DNA from: Candidatus Manganitrophaceae bacterium
Lineage (GTDB): Bacteria > Nitrospirota > Nitrospiria > SBBL01 > Manganitrophaceae
NCBI GenBank assembly: GCA_016200325.1
Contig: JACQEZ010000006.1
Location: 30,302 to 94,301 of the forward strand
DNA: 64,000 nt
Reading direction: 5' to 3'
The notes beneath the pieces were generated by a model. It had not been told where the DNA came from and searched no databases. It saw only the letters and a program-made list of their open reading frames with translations. Shown here piece after piece: positions 10,120 through 19,968 of this stretch. The translations under genes and the position numbers were made by a program. Positions within the stretch are counted from its first letter, which is position 1, and every line of letters starts with the position of its first letter.

Positions 10120-11991
10120 GTGCATGGACGCATGTATCCAATTATTTTTAGCTTAAGCATGATAATGGCAGTTGGTATCCTTGGTTATTCAAAAGAGGGT
10201 TTTCCCGGTCTCACTGAAGGGGAAGATGTCATCCTATCTGAGCATTTTGATCCGATTCAAAATCGGCAAGCTGCCGGCGCTCAAGGAAGCGGTTTAGAAC
10301 TTCATGATGCCATGTTTACTCCCAGCGACAAAGGAGGACAGGCGTTACAACTCGATGCAGGGACTTACGCGACAATAAACCCTTCCAAAAGGATCAGTGC
10401 TAAGGCGGGAACCATTTCATTCTGGACCAAGCCGATTTGGGGAGAAGATAAGGGATCGCATACTTTTCTCACAATGCCCTGGGCGGATGGCAAAAAAAGT
10501 TATATGGCGATTTCATTCGGATGGTGGGAACCACAGGGACTACAACGCCTCTATTTTATTGTAAGCAACCAAGAAGGTATGCATTGTGCCGTACCATATA
10601 AGATTGATCCAGATGCCTGGATTATGATTACGGCCGTCTGGAAAAGTGGCAATGATGGCTATTGTAAGCTTTTTATAAACGGCACAAAAATCGTAGAACA
10701 AACGAAGTCCTTCTCGGGAGAATACACCAACGCTGGACCAATCTATTTAGGCTCTGATAGGGGTGCGACCGATCAGCGGGGACGGAGTGCGGTTGCACTT
10801 TTTGACGACCTTACTATCCTTGGTCGGCCGCTTTCTACGGAAGAGGTCATAAAGTCATATAAAAATGACGAAAAAAACCTGCAAACAGCCTCTGGGGGCA
10901 AATGGAAATGGCTTGAACAGGGAATCTCTATTCCCTTGGAACAAAAGAGAAATGGCCAAGGAAAACTTTTGGAGAGCCGAGTCATTTTTGATGAAGATAT
11001 GCACTGGGCATTTTCCAAAAAAGCAGCCGACGACATCTTAACAAAGGTAAAGGCAGCCGGGTTCAATGTTTACATCCCTTGTGTCTGGCATGGAAACGGT
11101 ACCTACTATCCGACATCTTTAGCACCCATGGATCCCAAGCTGGCATCGATCATTCCTGGTGGATATGATCCGTTAGCCTACCTCATTCAGAAGGCCCATA
11201 GTATGGGGATTGAAATACATCCCTGGTTTACGGTTGCACTAAGGCAGGGAACCCTCCTCCCGAAATTCTATGAAGAAGGAGTTCCGCAAGATGCTTATGA
11301 TGTACACAAACCAGAATTTAGAAAGTTTATTACGGATCTGATGCTTGATCTTGTACAGCGCTATGACGCCGACGGAATCAACCTAGATTATATTCGAACG
11401 GTCGGCATTTGTACCTCGGATGATTGTCAGAAGGATTATCTTGAAAAAACGGGTAATAACTTTAAATTAGATTATGCGCTAAGAGGAGTCTTAGGCCCTG
11501 CCAGAGATCGTATCGAGAGGTGGCAGGATGATGCGGTCACGGACATCGTCCAAAGTTTTGTAACCAACGCAAGAAAAATGAAACCCAAATTAATTATTAG
11601 TGTTGACGGCCATCCAAAACCTCCCGATGAAAAGAGAGCTCTCGAGGGAAGAGATGAACTGAGGTGGGCCAATGAAGGTTTAATTGATGTAATCTTTGAT
11701 ATGGATTACAAGGAAAGGATAGATTTTGAAACGGTTGACCGGTTGCGAAAAGCTTTAAAGCAGCCTGAGAAGGTAATCGTTATGTTTGGGAACTATGATA
11801 AGCCTGACGAAAAATCGAGTGTAATACCGAGGCCAGGGGCATTGGTTGCCAAGTATGCCGCCTTTGCCCAGCACAAGTGGCCTAATAATGGCGTAGGGCT
11901 CTACATCTATAGCATGTTAAATGATGAGCAGGTAATTGCTTTAAAGAAAGGTCCCTTCGCGGAAGATGCGCTTCCGCGCTGGAGAGGTTAA
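10120..11991 (+). CDS. Secreted LamG/ConA-like domain + family-10 glycosyl-hydrolase-like (GHL10/DUF187) protein
   Basis: N-terminal hydrophobic signal. LamG-like GTISFWTKP...WIMITAVW...KLFING...IYLGSD...FDDLTIL. TIM-barrel motifs AGFNVYIPCVW, AHSMGIEIHPWF, DGINLDYIR. Confidence 0.78.
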   Translation: MHGRMYPIIFSLSMIMAVGILGYSKEGFPGLTEGEDVILSEHFDPIQNRQAAGAQGSGLELHDAMFTPSDKGGQALQLDAGTYATINPSKRISAKAGTISFWTKPIWGEDKGSHTFLTMPWADGKKSYMAISFGWWEPQGLQRLYFIVSNQEGMHCAVPYKIDPDAWIMITAVWKSGNDGYCKLFINGTKIVEQTKSFSGEYTNAGPIYLGSDRGATDQRGRSAVALFDDLTILGRPLSTEEVIKSYKNDEKNLQTASGGKWKWLEQGISIPLEQKRNGQGKLLESRVIFDEDMHWAFSKKAADDILTKVKAAGFNVYIPCVWHGNGTYYPTSLAPMDPKLASIIPGGYDPLAYLIQKAHSMGIEIHPWFTVALRQGTLLPKFYEEGVPQDAYDVHKPEFRKFITDLMLDLVQRYDADGINLDYIRTVGICTSDDCQKDYLEKTGNNFKLDYALRGVLGPARDRIERWQDDAVTDIVQSFVTNARKMKPKLIISVDGHPKPPDEKRALEGRDELRWANEGLIDVIFDMDYKERIDFETVDRLRKALKQPEKVIVMFGNYDKPDEKSSVIPRPGALVAKYAAFAQHKWPNNGVGLYIYSMLNDEQVIALKKGPFAEDALPRWRG

Positions 11992-12095
11992 AAGTGTAAG
12001 GACTTTATTCAGATGTCCTGATCTTAGATCAGATCGTTTCCGGAATTGGAAGTTTTATTTTTATTAGAGGCGGCACGGGACAAGGACAGACCATA

Positions 12096-13442
12096 GTGGA
12101 TTCTCTTTTTCTTCTATATCTTTCTTTAATATTTTTTATAGGTCTCGCCATTATTTTTATCTCGCGGGCGGGATTGATCCTTCTGATATTATTGCCTGCG
12201 TCACAAATGCTAGGGTTCCTCGATCCTATGTCGATTGCAATCAAGGGCACATTTGATATTCATGCTTTGCTTGCGTTGATCTTAGCAGGTTCAATTTTAT
12301 TTTCAATTCATCGTCTCGGAGATCTGCGACGAGCTCGACTCTTTACTCCGATGTTAATCTTGGCAGCCTTCTGGCTATTTGGCGTGATTTATCCTGTGTT
12401 ACAAGGTTATTCTTCGCTATTTTATTCGTTGAAGGCTTCAAAAGAGTTTCTGATGATTTTTGCATATTTTGGTGTTTTTTTGTTTTTGCGAACAGAGAAA
12501 GATGTGAAGTGGGGTTGGTCTCTTTTATTGGCTCTGGGATTCTACTATGCCCTTCTTGAGATCATCGCACAAATTCTTGGATTGTCACTGTTAAATCACC
12601 TGGCATTTGCCTATAGAAAAGAGGCATTTATATTTTGGAAAGTCTATCTGCAATTTTGGCCGGTGATTTTAATAGCGCTCCTCCACAGCTATTACGAATC
12701 CGTTTATGGTCTCGGAGGAGCTTACCTGCGTACCGCGGTCGGGTTTATCGGGTTGCTGCTCACTTTTTTCCGTTCTTACTTACTAGCGACTGTATCAGTT
12801 ATTCCTTGTATGCTTTTACTTTCGAAACAGGGGTTGGACAAAACCTTTTGGAAGAGCTTTGCCCTGGTAGGCACGGCCGGCGCTGCTCTTCTGACTGTTG
12901 GGATCACTATGGGAAATGGACTTGATAAGATAGAGGGTATCTCAGACGAATTCGTTTTCTCCGGTGTTACTGAACTCGCCACTAATTCAGGTGGTGCCTT
13001 GGTCGGCAGAGAAGTTTTTGCAAGGCCGCGAAGAAAGATCATTGATAAAAGCCCATATCTGGGATATGGATTTATCGATAAGGAGTCAAAATACGGTTTA
13101 GCTGTTAAAAAGCAGGTTATAGGTGAAACGTTAGGATTTGTAGATAAAGGCGATGTAGATGTCGAAGTAAAATTCGGCTATTTGGGGGGTGCCCTTCTCT
13201 ATGGGACCTTCATTTACCTTGTAGTCATCCTGTTGGGCCTTGCACGGCGGGGTTTGAATCCTCAATTTTCTGTTCGATGTCTCACAATGGCATCTACACT
13301 AGTCATCTTTCTTTTAGTACAGCCCGTACATGCGCCATTGAGCTATAGTTTTGCTTTACTGCCGCTCTGTATCGCATTGGGTCTTATCGAAAGAGAGCAG
13401 TCCCTAATTATCGTCAGTAATAAGAGGACGCTCTCATGGTGA
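12096..13442 (+). CDS. Multi-pass membrane protein, probable Wzy polymerase / O-antigen ligase family
   Basis: About 10 or more hydrophobic segments with a large C-terminal-half loop, sitting between the hydrolase and GT/flippase genes. Assignment is mainly contextual. Confidence 0.6.
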   Translation: MDSLFLLYLSLIFFIGLAIIFISRAGLILLILLPASQMLGFLDPMSIAIKGTFDIHALLALILAGSILFSIHRLGDLRRARLFTPMLILAAFWLFGVIYPVLQGYSSLFYSLKASKEFLMIFAYFGVFLFLRTEKDVKWGWSLLLALGFYYALLEIIAQILGLSLLNHLAFAYRKEAFIFWKVYLQFWPVILIALLHSYYESVYGLGGAYLRTAVGFIGLLLTFFRSYLLATVSVIPCMLLLSKQGLDKTFWKSFALVGTAGAALLTVGITMGNGLDKIEGISDEFVFSGVTELATNSGGALVGREVFARPRRKIIDKSPYLGYGFIDKESKYGLAVKKQVIGETLGFVDKGDVDVEVKFGYLGGALLYGTFIYLVVILLGLARRGLNPQFSVRCLTMASTLVIFLLVQPVHAPLSYSFALLPLCIALGLIEREQSLIIVSNKRTLSW

Positions 13443-14596
13443 CGATGCTTCATATTCTTGAAACTCTCTCTGATTTTGGTGGTACACCGAGGAAATTACT
13501 CTATCTGACAAAGTACGCCAATCGGAATCAATGCAAATTCATTTTTCTTCTCTTCAGATCGTCTTCCTTGGACAAAGACTTCGAATCGCTGGAGAAGGAA
13601 TTCACACAACATGGCGCGACGATTCTGAAATTTAATACCACTTCCTTTTTAAAACTGGCTTGGAAAATACGATTGGAAGCAATGAGACTTGAAGCCGATG
13701 TGATCTGTACCCACTATACCCGCGCTCTTGTAGCGGGGTATCTGGCGTCAAAGAGTCTAGGCCTCCCGCTGATCCACCATGAGCATAGCAGCGCTCATTA
13801 TCGTAAAGGGATCGGGCGAGTGCTGGGAGGATTTTGCCTTCCCAGAGCGGAGGCCACCATTTGTAACTCGAAATACACGATGAATACGATTCAAACAGGA
13901 TATCCGGGCGCTACAGGAAAATTACATGTCGTCTACAATCCGGTGGAAGAGCGTCTTGTTGGCGTGGAGCGAAGGGCATTTAGAGATCAGGTGGGGGCAA
14001 GATCAAGTGACATTTTAATCGGTCATGTCGGGGGAATGATTCCACAGCGGGACCAAAAAACATTGATCAAGGCCTTCCGTGAAATCCATTCTGAATTTAC
14101 AAACACAAAATTAGTGTTGATTGGGGACGGGCCGGTCCAATCCGAGTTGAAATCCCTCGTTCAAAGTTTAGGACTAACAACAGATGTGATTTTTACCGGC
14201 TACACCCGCGATGTGGGAGAATATTTGAATGCGATTGATATCTATGTCAATCCGACCCTCGATGAAGGATTTGGAATCGCCGTCGTAGAAGCGATGTTAG
14301 CAAAGCTGCCTGTGATCTTATCCGATCAGGGGGCACACCCCGAATTAGTTTTAGAGGGGCAGAATGGATTTCTCTATCCCGGAGGGGACGCGGAGTCTCT
14401 GGCAAAAAAGGTCAAATTGCTTATTGAAAATCCTGACCAGAGAAAAAACATCGGAATAAAAGCATATGAAAGTGCAAAAACATCTTTCGCCCCATCCATC
14501 TTTGCCTCAAACTACCTTCATATAGTAGAAAGCATTTTAAAAAATTCTAAATCATCCAACCGTCCTATCCAACAGCGTGGCGCTCAATGGAGCTGA
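13436..14596 (+). CDS. Glycosyltransferase family 4 (GT-B)
   Basis: IGHVGG...KDQ-like motif, LIGDGP, EGFGIAVVEAMLAKLPVILSDQG (ExxE motif). Confidence 0.9.
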   Translation: MVTMLHILETLSDFGGTPRKLLYLTKYANRNQCKFIFLLFRSSSLDKDFESLEKEFTQHGATILKFNTTSFLKLAWKIRLEAMRLEADVICTHYTRALVAGYLASKSLGLPLIHHEHSSAHYRKGIGRVLGGFCLPRAEATICNSKYTMNTIQTGYPGATGKLHVVYNPVEERLVGVERRAFRDQVGARSSDILIGHVGGMIPQRDQKTLIKAFREIHSEFTNTKLVLIGDGPVQSELKSLVQSLGLTTDVIFTGYTRDVGEYLNAIDIYVNPTLDEGFGIAVVEAMLAKLPVILSDQGAHPELVLEGQNGFLYPGGDAESLAKKVKLLIENPDQRKNIGIKAYESAKTSFAPSIFASNYLHIVESILKNSKSSNRPIQQRGAQWS

Positions 14597-16080
14597 CCGT
14601 ACTCAAGAGAAAATTAGCCTGGGGCTCTGCCGCCGGCTTGTTCAGGGTTGGGCTGGCCATTCCGATCTATATTCTCTTAACGCCCTTTATTCTGAAGAAA
14701 CTCGGCCCGGAATTGTTTGGCGTCTGGTCGCTCAACACAATTATTATCAGCTTCCTCAACCTGACAGATTTTGGTTTCAAAAACAGCCTCGTCTATTATG
14801 TCGCGAAGGAACATGAAAAACCGGCGGAGATCAATAAGCATTTTAATGCCGTATTCTGGACTTACTTTGTAATCACCCTGTTGGCATTCACGACCGTCCT
14901 CATTCTCAGGACGGTTATCGTTAGAGACTTATTGAGAATCCCGGAACACTTTCACGACGAAGCTGTCTTTGTATTGCTGATGACCATGGGTAGTTTCGGC
15001 GTCCGGTTTTTGGCCGCTCCTTACCAAGCTGTCATCGAAGGGCATCAAGAAATTTATTACTCTCATCTGATCTCATTGTTGTGGCTTCTGGTCTATTCGA
15101 TAGGATCTGTTCTGGCGCTGTTGCTAAGCCCCGATGTTTATGCGCTTGGAGCAGTTATTCTCGCTGCCAATGTGGTCGTATATATCGGGTTCTATGGGTA
15201 TGTCCGCCGACGGTATCCGTTTATTAAAGTTAGCCTAAAACAGATCGAGCGGGAAAAACTCAAAAGCATTTTAAAATATGGGGTCGGCATCCAAATCGCC
15301 ACGCTGGTAATCGCACTCCGAGAGCCGATGTATAAAATCTTGATCGCCAGGAGTTACGGCCTCGCAAATGTAGCGACCTTCGAAATCGTCTATAAGCTCT
15401 GCACCCAACTGATCTCCGTCGTCGTCTCTCCTCTTCTCGGGGTGTCGGCCACCTCAGCCATGCTCTCTGACCGTAAGCAGGATTTAGAGAAGGTGTTAAG
15501 ACCCTTCTTCGGGTATGCCCTTTCTATATTAATCCCGTCCGCTCTTTTTTTTGAATCGTTTTCGCGGGAGTTAATCAATCTCTGGCTGGGGTCTAATCTG
15601 CTGAACGCGGCCGAAATGCTCTCGATCATTTTTGTTGCGTTCGCCGTCTATTATGTTACTGAGACCTTGTATAAAGCGATAGAAGGCTCCGGCCTCTCTT
15701 CTTACAGCGGAGCAATCCAGATCACGACTGTCATTGTTCATATCGGTGTTTTTGCATTGCTGGCCTCTTACCCGTTCTGGTCTGTTCCGATATCGATTCT
15801 CATAGGCTTTCTGGTTTTTAGTCTCAGCAACTTTTTTGTGTTTAGGTGGCGCTTTAGGGATATTACGCTCATACGACCCACTCAGATTCTTTGGGTGTTA
15901 ATACCGGGCTGCTTATACATTTTATTTCAAGTGATAGCGACAAAAGAGACCTGGCCTTTTATCTTTTCGGCATACCTGATTGCCCATCTATTCTGCGTGA
16001 GGAACGCTAAGATCTTTGATTGGATCGGGATGATCAAACAATTTTTTTCTTTGAAGATGAGACAAAGGGTGCCGTCTTGA
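14587..16080 (+). CDS. wzx: Wzx-type oligosaccharide flippase (MOP superfamily)
   Basis: LTPFILKKLGPELFGVWSL...DFGF N-terminal signature, many TM segments, located in the EPS locus. Confidence 0.82.
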   Translation: MELTVLKRKLAWGSAAGLFRVGLAIPIYILLTPFILKKLGPELFGVWSLNTIIISFLNLTDFGFKNSLVYYVAKEHEKPAEINKHFNAVFWTYFVITLLAFTTVLILRTVIVRDLLRIPEHFHDEAVFVLLMTMGSFGVRFLAAPYQAVIEGHQEIYYSHLISLLWLLVYSIGSVLALLLSPDVYALGAVILAANVVVYIGFYGYVRRRYPFIKVSLKQIEREKLKSILKYGVGIQIATLVIALREPMYKILIARSYGLANVATFEIVYKLCTQLISVVVSPLLGVSATSAMLSDRKQDLEKVLRPFFGYALSILIPSALFFESFSRELINLWLGSNLLNAAEMLSIIFVAFAVYYVTETLYKAIEGSGLSSYSGAIQITTVIVHIGVFALLASYPFWSVPISILIGFLVFSLSNFFVFRWRFRDITLIRPTQILWVLIPGCLYILFQVIATKETWPFIFSAYLIAHLFCVRNAKIFDWIGMIKQFFSLKMRQRVPS

Positions 16081-16280
16081 TCGAAGCGTCGTGCAATTTT
16101 TTATTTTTTAGGCTGCCTATTTCTTTATATGTTTGGAGCGATTCATGATTTCCCCCCTTCCCTCTGCTTTCGGTTAAGACGAAGCAGGTGGGCTGCAGAT
16201 CATTTATATGATCTGAGGAGATGTAACAATGAAAAATAAATCTCTTAGATTAATCGCTCCAACTTTGTAAGGGAGGTGGC

Positions 16281-17405
16281 ATGTTCAACAAAAAATTTTC
16301 ACGGAGACAATTCATCCAAATGTCGACTCTGGTCGCGGCCGGCTCGTTCTGCCGGCCACTCATGTCGATGGCGCAGACCCTACCGACATTGGAAAGTCGC
16401 GCCATATTTGACGAGGGGTTGAATTGGGTCACAAATGCGTCTGCCGTGAGACTTTTGGATCGGATCAAGAAGGCAGGTTTCAATGTCTTCATGCCGTGTG
16501 TCTGGCATGGGATGGGAACTACTTGGCCCTCCAGTCTGGCCCCTTGGACCACTCAGACACCCCGCATCGCAGGGTTCGATCCATTGGACAACCTTATCAA
16601 GCTGGCAGACGGTTATGATATAGAAATTCATCCGTGGTTCACCGTAACCCTACGGCAGAGAGAGTTTCTACAACAGTATTATGAAAGCGGGAGCCCGGAA
16701 AATGCATTTGATGTACACAATGATAATTTTCGTGCTTTTATCTCCGCCCTAATTACTGAAGTCGCATTAAGATATCCGGTTCAGGGAATCAATCTGGACT
16801 TTATGACGACCATGGGTATTTGTAGGGGAGCTGCTTGTATCGATCAGTATACGGCCGATACCGGACGAAAGCTTTTAGCTGATTGGAATCTTAGAAAACT
16901 GCCCGGTTACGGTGCGCAATACCTTATTGCTTGGCAAAAAGAGGCAACGACCGACATCCTGCGCCGTGTGTCTACAAAAATCCGGGGATTAAAGAAAAAT
17001 ATTCTTATTAGCATAAATGCGACTCCCGGTGTTTATGACCTGACTTTCCAGGGCGATGACAGTATTAATTGGGTCGATCAGGGATTATCAGATGTACTCT
17101 ATTGCATGGATTATCAACCCGATCCCGATACTGCAAAAATTCGAACCTGGCAGGCGGGGATGAAACGGCCCCAGGCGGTCGCATTACTCGGTGGGAATTT
17201 CGATGTGACCTCGACCGGGGTCGTTGTGGCAAGAGATGCTGCGAGGGTGGCTCAAATTATCTCCGAAGCTCGTACGATCGGCTCAGGAGACGGAGTAGCT
17301 CTCTACATTTACAGCCGATTAAGCGATGCGCAGATTCAAACACTCTCAACCGGCGTCTTTAAAACGCCTGCGGTGCCGCATTGGACACGCGCGACCGTAT
17401 CTTAG
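16281..17405 (+). CDS. Tat-exported GHL10 family glycoside hydrolase-like protein
   Basis: Tat motif SRRQFI followed by an h-region and AQT cleavage. AGFNVFMPCVWHG, IEIHPWF, GINLDF; clearly paralogous to the C-terminal domain of 10120-11991. Confidence 0.8.
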   Translation: MFNKKFSRRQFIQMSTLVAAGSFCRPLMSMAQTLPTLESRAIFDEGLNWVTNASAVRLLDRIKKAGFNVFMPCVWHGMGTTWPSSLAPWTTQTPRIAGFDPLDNLIKLADGYDIEIHPWFTVTLRQREFLQQYYESGSPENAFDVHNDNFRAFISALITEVALRYPVQGINLDFMTTMGICRGAACIDQYTADTGRKLLADWNLRKLPGYGAQYLIAWQKEATTDILRRVSTKIRGLKKNILISINATPGVYDLTFQGDDSINWVDQGLSDVLYCMDYQPDPDTAKIRTWQAGMKRPQAVALLGGNFDVTSTGVVVARDAARVAQIISEARTIGSGDGVALYIYSRLSDAQIQTLSTGVFKTPAVPHWTRATVS

Positions 17406-17521
17406 TTCGTCTATACAAATCGAAGATATCGCTTGAAATACCCTTTGATCTGAGTCATATTACGGGAAAGTTACTTGATATTTTTAGGTAAGAATAAAAG
17501 TGAAATACTCTGGGATAGTCG

Positions 17522-18703
17522 ATGAAGCTGGCCGTCCTGACTAACATCCTAACCCCATATCGGATTCCTCTGTTTGAAGCCTTACAACGCCGTATAGATG
17601 ATCTCACGGTATTGTTGATGGCGGAGCGGGAGGAAAACCGCGATTGGAAGCTCTCTTCCTATCGGTTTAAGACGGAGGTATTGCCGGGGGTCCATCTTAG
17701 GCCCCCCGGTCGTCCGGTTTCGCTTCATCTGAACTATGGCGTGACCCGGGCGTTGCGCCGCCTAAATCCTGATATGGTGTTGAGCGGCGGTTTTGGTCCT
17801 GCAAACCTAGCTGCCTGTCTTTATTGTCGTCTTTCCGGGAAAAAATTCATCGGGTGGGGAGAACTCACGCTACGGGAACCGATGCGGCTCTCTACCGTTC
17901 AAAAATCGATTCGGCGATGGATCACCACCCGCTCCGCCGGCTCGATTGCTTCATCCGGAGAGGCGGCTGTATTTTTTGTTCATTACGGGGCAAAACCCGA
18001 GACGGTTCTAAAAACAGTCACCCCATTTAATGTCGGTGCTTTTTACGACAGGGCGGAGGCGTCCCGGCGTGAACCAGGGTTTCTTCCCCAGCGGGAGAAA
18101 TATTCACGGCCGATCCTTCTTTCAGTGGGCCGGATAACGAACATCAAGGGATATCAAGAGCTCTTTAAGATCTATCAGCGGGTCATTGCATCGCGTCCGG
18201 AAGCGTCGCTGCTGATTGTGGGCGACGGTCCTGAGCGAGCACTTTATGAGAAAGAGGCCAGAGAGCGGGGCTGGCACAATGTCCATTTTGTCGGATTCGT
18301 GCAAGAGACAGAACTCCCCCGGTATCTTGCCCTCTCCGATCTTTTTATTTTTCATACTCTGTATGATCCATTTGGATTGGTCCTGAGCGAAGCGATGGCG
18401 GCAAAGGTCCCGGTCGTCTCCTCCATTCATGCGGCCGCGACGGGGGATTTGATCGAAGAAGGGGTGACCGGATTCCGAATCGATCCACGGGACACCGAAG
18501 CGGCTGCGGGGACGATCTTGAACGTCTTAAAGCGCTCACCGGAAGAGAGAACCGCCATGACCGAAGCGGCTTATGAACGGGTCAAGGAATGTGATATCGA
18601 GCCGTCGGCTGAGAAGATGGTTCAATTTATGGAATCGTTGTTTGAATCGAAAGAAAGGATTGGCGCCGACCCGATCCGTTCGAAAGCGGTGAATCATGTC
18701 TAA
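17522..18703 (+). CDS. Glycosyltransferase family 4
   Basis: LSVGRITNIKG, IVGDGP, DPFGLVLSEAMAAKVPVVSS. Confidence 0.9.
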   Translation: MKLAVLTNILTPYRIPLFEALQRRIDDLTVLLMAEREENRDWKLSSYRFKTEVLPGVHLRPPGRPVSLHLNYGVTRALRRLNPDMVLSGGFGPANLAACLYCRLSGKKFIGWGELTLREPMRLSTVQKSIRRWITTRSAGSIASSGEAAVFFVHYGAKPETVLKTVTPFNVGAFYDRAEASRREPGFLPQREKYSRPILLSVGRITNIKGYQELFKIYQRVIASRPEASLLIVGDGPERALYEKEARERGWHNVHFVGFVQETELPRYLALSDLFIFHTLYDPFGLVLSEAMAAKVPVVSSIHAAATGDLIEEGVTGFRIDPRDTEAAAGTILNVLKRSPEERTAMTEAAYERVKECDIEPSAEKMVQFMESLFESKERIGADPIRSKAVNHV

Positions 18704-19874
18704 AAAAGGGATACCGGAGAAAGCAACCCTCCTTTTGATCGGACCGACCCCGCCGCCGTATCACGGCGTCGGGATGGCAATGCAGGCGATTCTTGATTCG
18801 TCGATTGCGACGCAGTTTCGTTTGGTGCACCTCGACATTACCGATCGGCGCGGAATCGGCCATGTCGATCAGCCCGATCTCTATGATGTCTTTCTTTTTG
18901 TGAAGCAGTTTTTCCGGAATGGGATGTTGATCGTCCGGGAGCGGCCGGCATTGTTTTATATTCCGATCTCCCAGACGCGGATCGGGTTCATCCGGGACAG
19001 CCTCTTCATCCTCCCGGCGTTAATGATGAGATCTCGGGTGATCGTTCATCTTCATGGCGCGAATTTCGAATCCTTGGCGGACCAGGGGGGATTCCTTTGG
19101 AAACGGTATCTTGATTTTATCCTTCGGCGGGTCGCGCGGTTCATTGTGCTCGGTGAAATGCTCCGGCCGATCTTTGGTCGCTGGGCGGCCCCGGATCGGA
19201 TCTCGGTGGTTCCGAATGGGGTGATCCAGGAAAAGGCTGAAATGTCGGAGCGGCGTTTGAGCGCGCAACGACCATTTCGTATTCTCTTCTTATCGACCCT
19301 TTGTCGACAAAAGGGATTGTTCGTTTTACTCGATGCGATTCCGCTGATCGTTCGCGAGGAGAAGGACGTGGGGTTCGAGATCGCCGGCCCGTGGGCATCA
19401 GAGGATGTGCGTCGGGAAGCGGAGCGCCGGCTGACCGAAAATGGGATGACGGACCGGGTCCGTTTTGTCGGTCAGATCACCGGCGAGGAAAAGCGCCGCT
19501 TTCTGAGATCGGGCGACCTCTTCATCTTTCCGGGCGTGCAACAGGAGGGGCAGCCGCTCACGGTGTTGGAAGCGATGAGCGAAGGGCTTCCGGTGGTTGC
19601 GACCGACCGGGGATGCCTGCGGGAGACGGTGGCCGAGGGGGTCACCGGGTTTATCGTTCCCCCCAATTCGGCCGAAGCGATCGCCGAGAAGGTGATTCAT
19701 CTCATCCGCCATCCCGGCCGACGTGATCAGTTAGCGATCAATGCCGCAAAGCGGGTGAAGGAGAGTTATACGGTGGAGCAGTTTGTTTTTCGGTTGGAGG
19801 AGGTTTTTGGCCAAACGCTGATCGCTTCAGGGCGACAAAACCGAGGCGGGGTACGCCTGGAGTCGACGCCATGA
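18696..19874 (+). CDS. Glycosyltransferase family 4
   Basis: PPPYHG, VHLHG, LSTLCRQKG, EGQPLTVLEAMSEGLPVVATDRG. Confidence 0.9.
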   Translation: MSKKGIPEKATLLLIGPTPPPYHGVGMAMQAILDSSIATQFRLVHLDITDRRGIGHVDQPDLYDVFLFVKQFFRNGMLIVRERPALFYIPISQTRIGFIRDSLFILPALMMRSRVIVHLHGANFESLADQGGFLWKRYLDFILRRVARFIVLGEMLRPIFGRWAAPDRISVVPNGVIQEKAEMSERRLSAQRPFRILFLSTLCRQKGLFVLLDAIPLIVREEKDVGFEIAGPWASEDVRREAERRLTENGMTDRVRFVGQITGEEKRRFLRSGDLFIFPGVQQEGQPLTVLEAMSEGLPVVATDRGCLRETVAEGVTGFIVPPNSAEAIAEKVIHLIRHPGRRDQLAINAAKRVKESYTVEQFVFRLEEVFGQTLIASGRQNRGGVRLESTP

Positions 19875-19968
19875 TCCTTTCAGGTTGAGCGGCTGTGATT
19901 CGATAGAACGACCAAGAAATAGGGTAGGACCTAGAGCTTTTTAATAATGTAACCGGATTAAACCAACG

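Noticed and set aside
9752-10141. Minus-strand 129-aa ORF in the intergenic
   Set aside because: No RBS or motif, overlaps the GHL10 start, and the composition looks non-coding.
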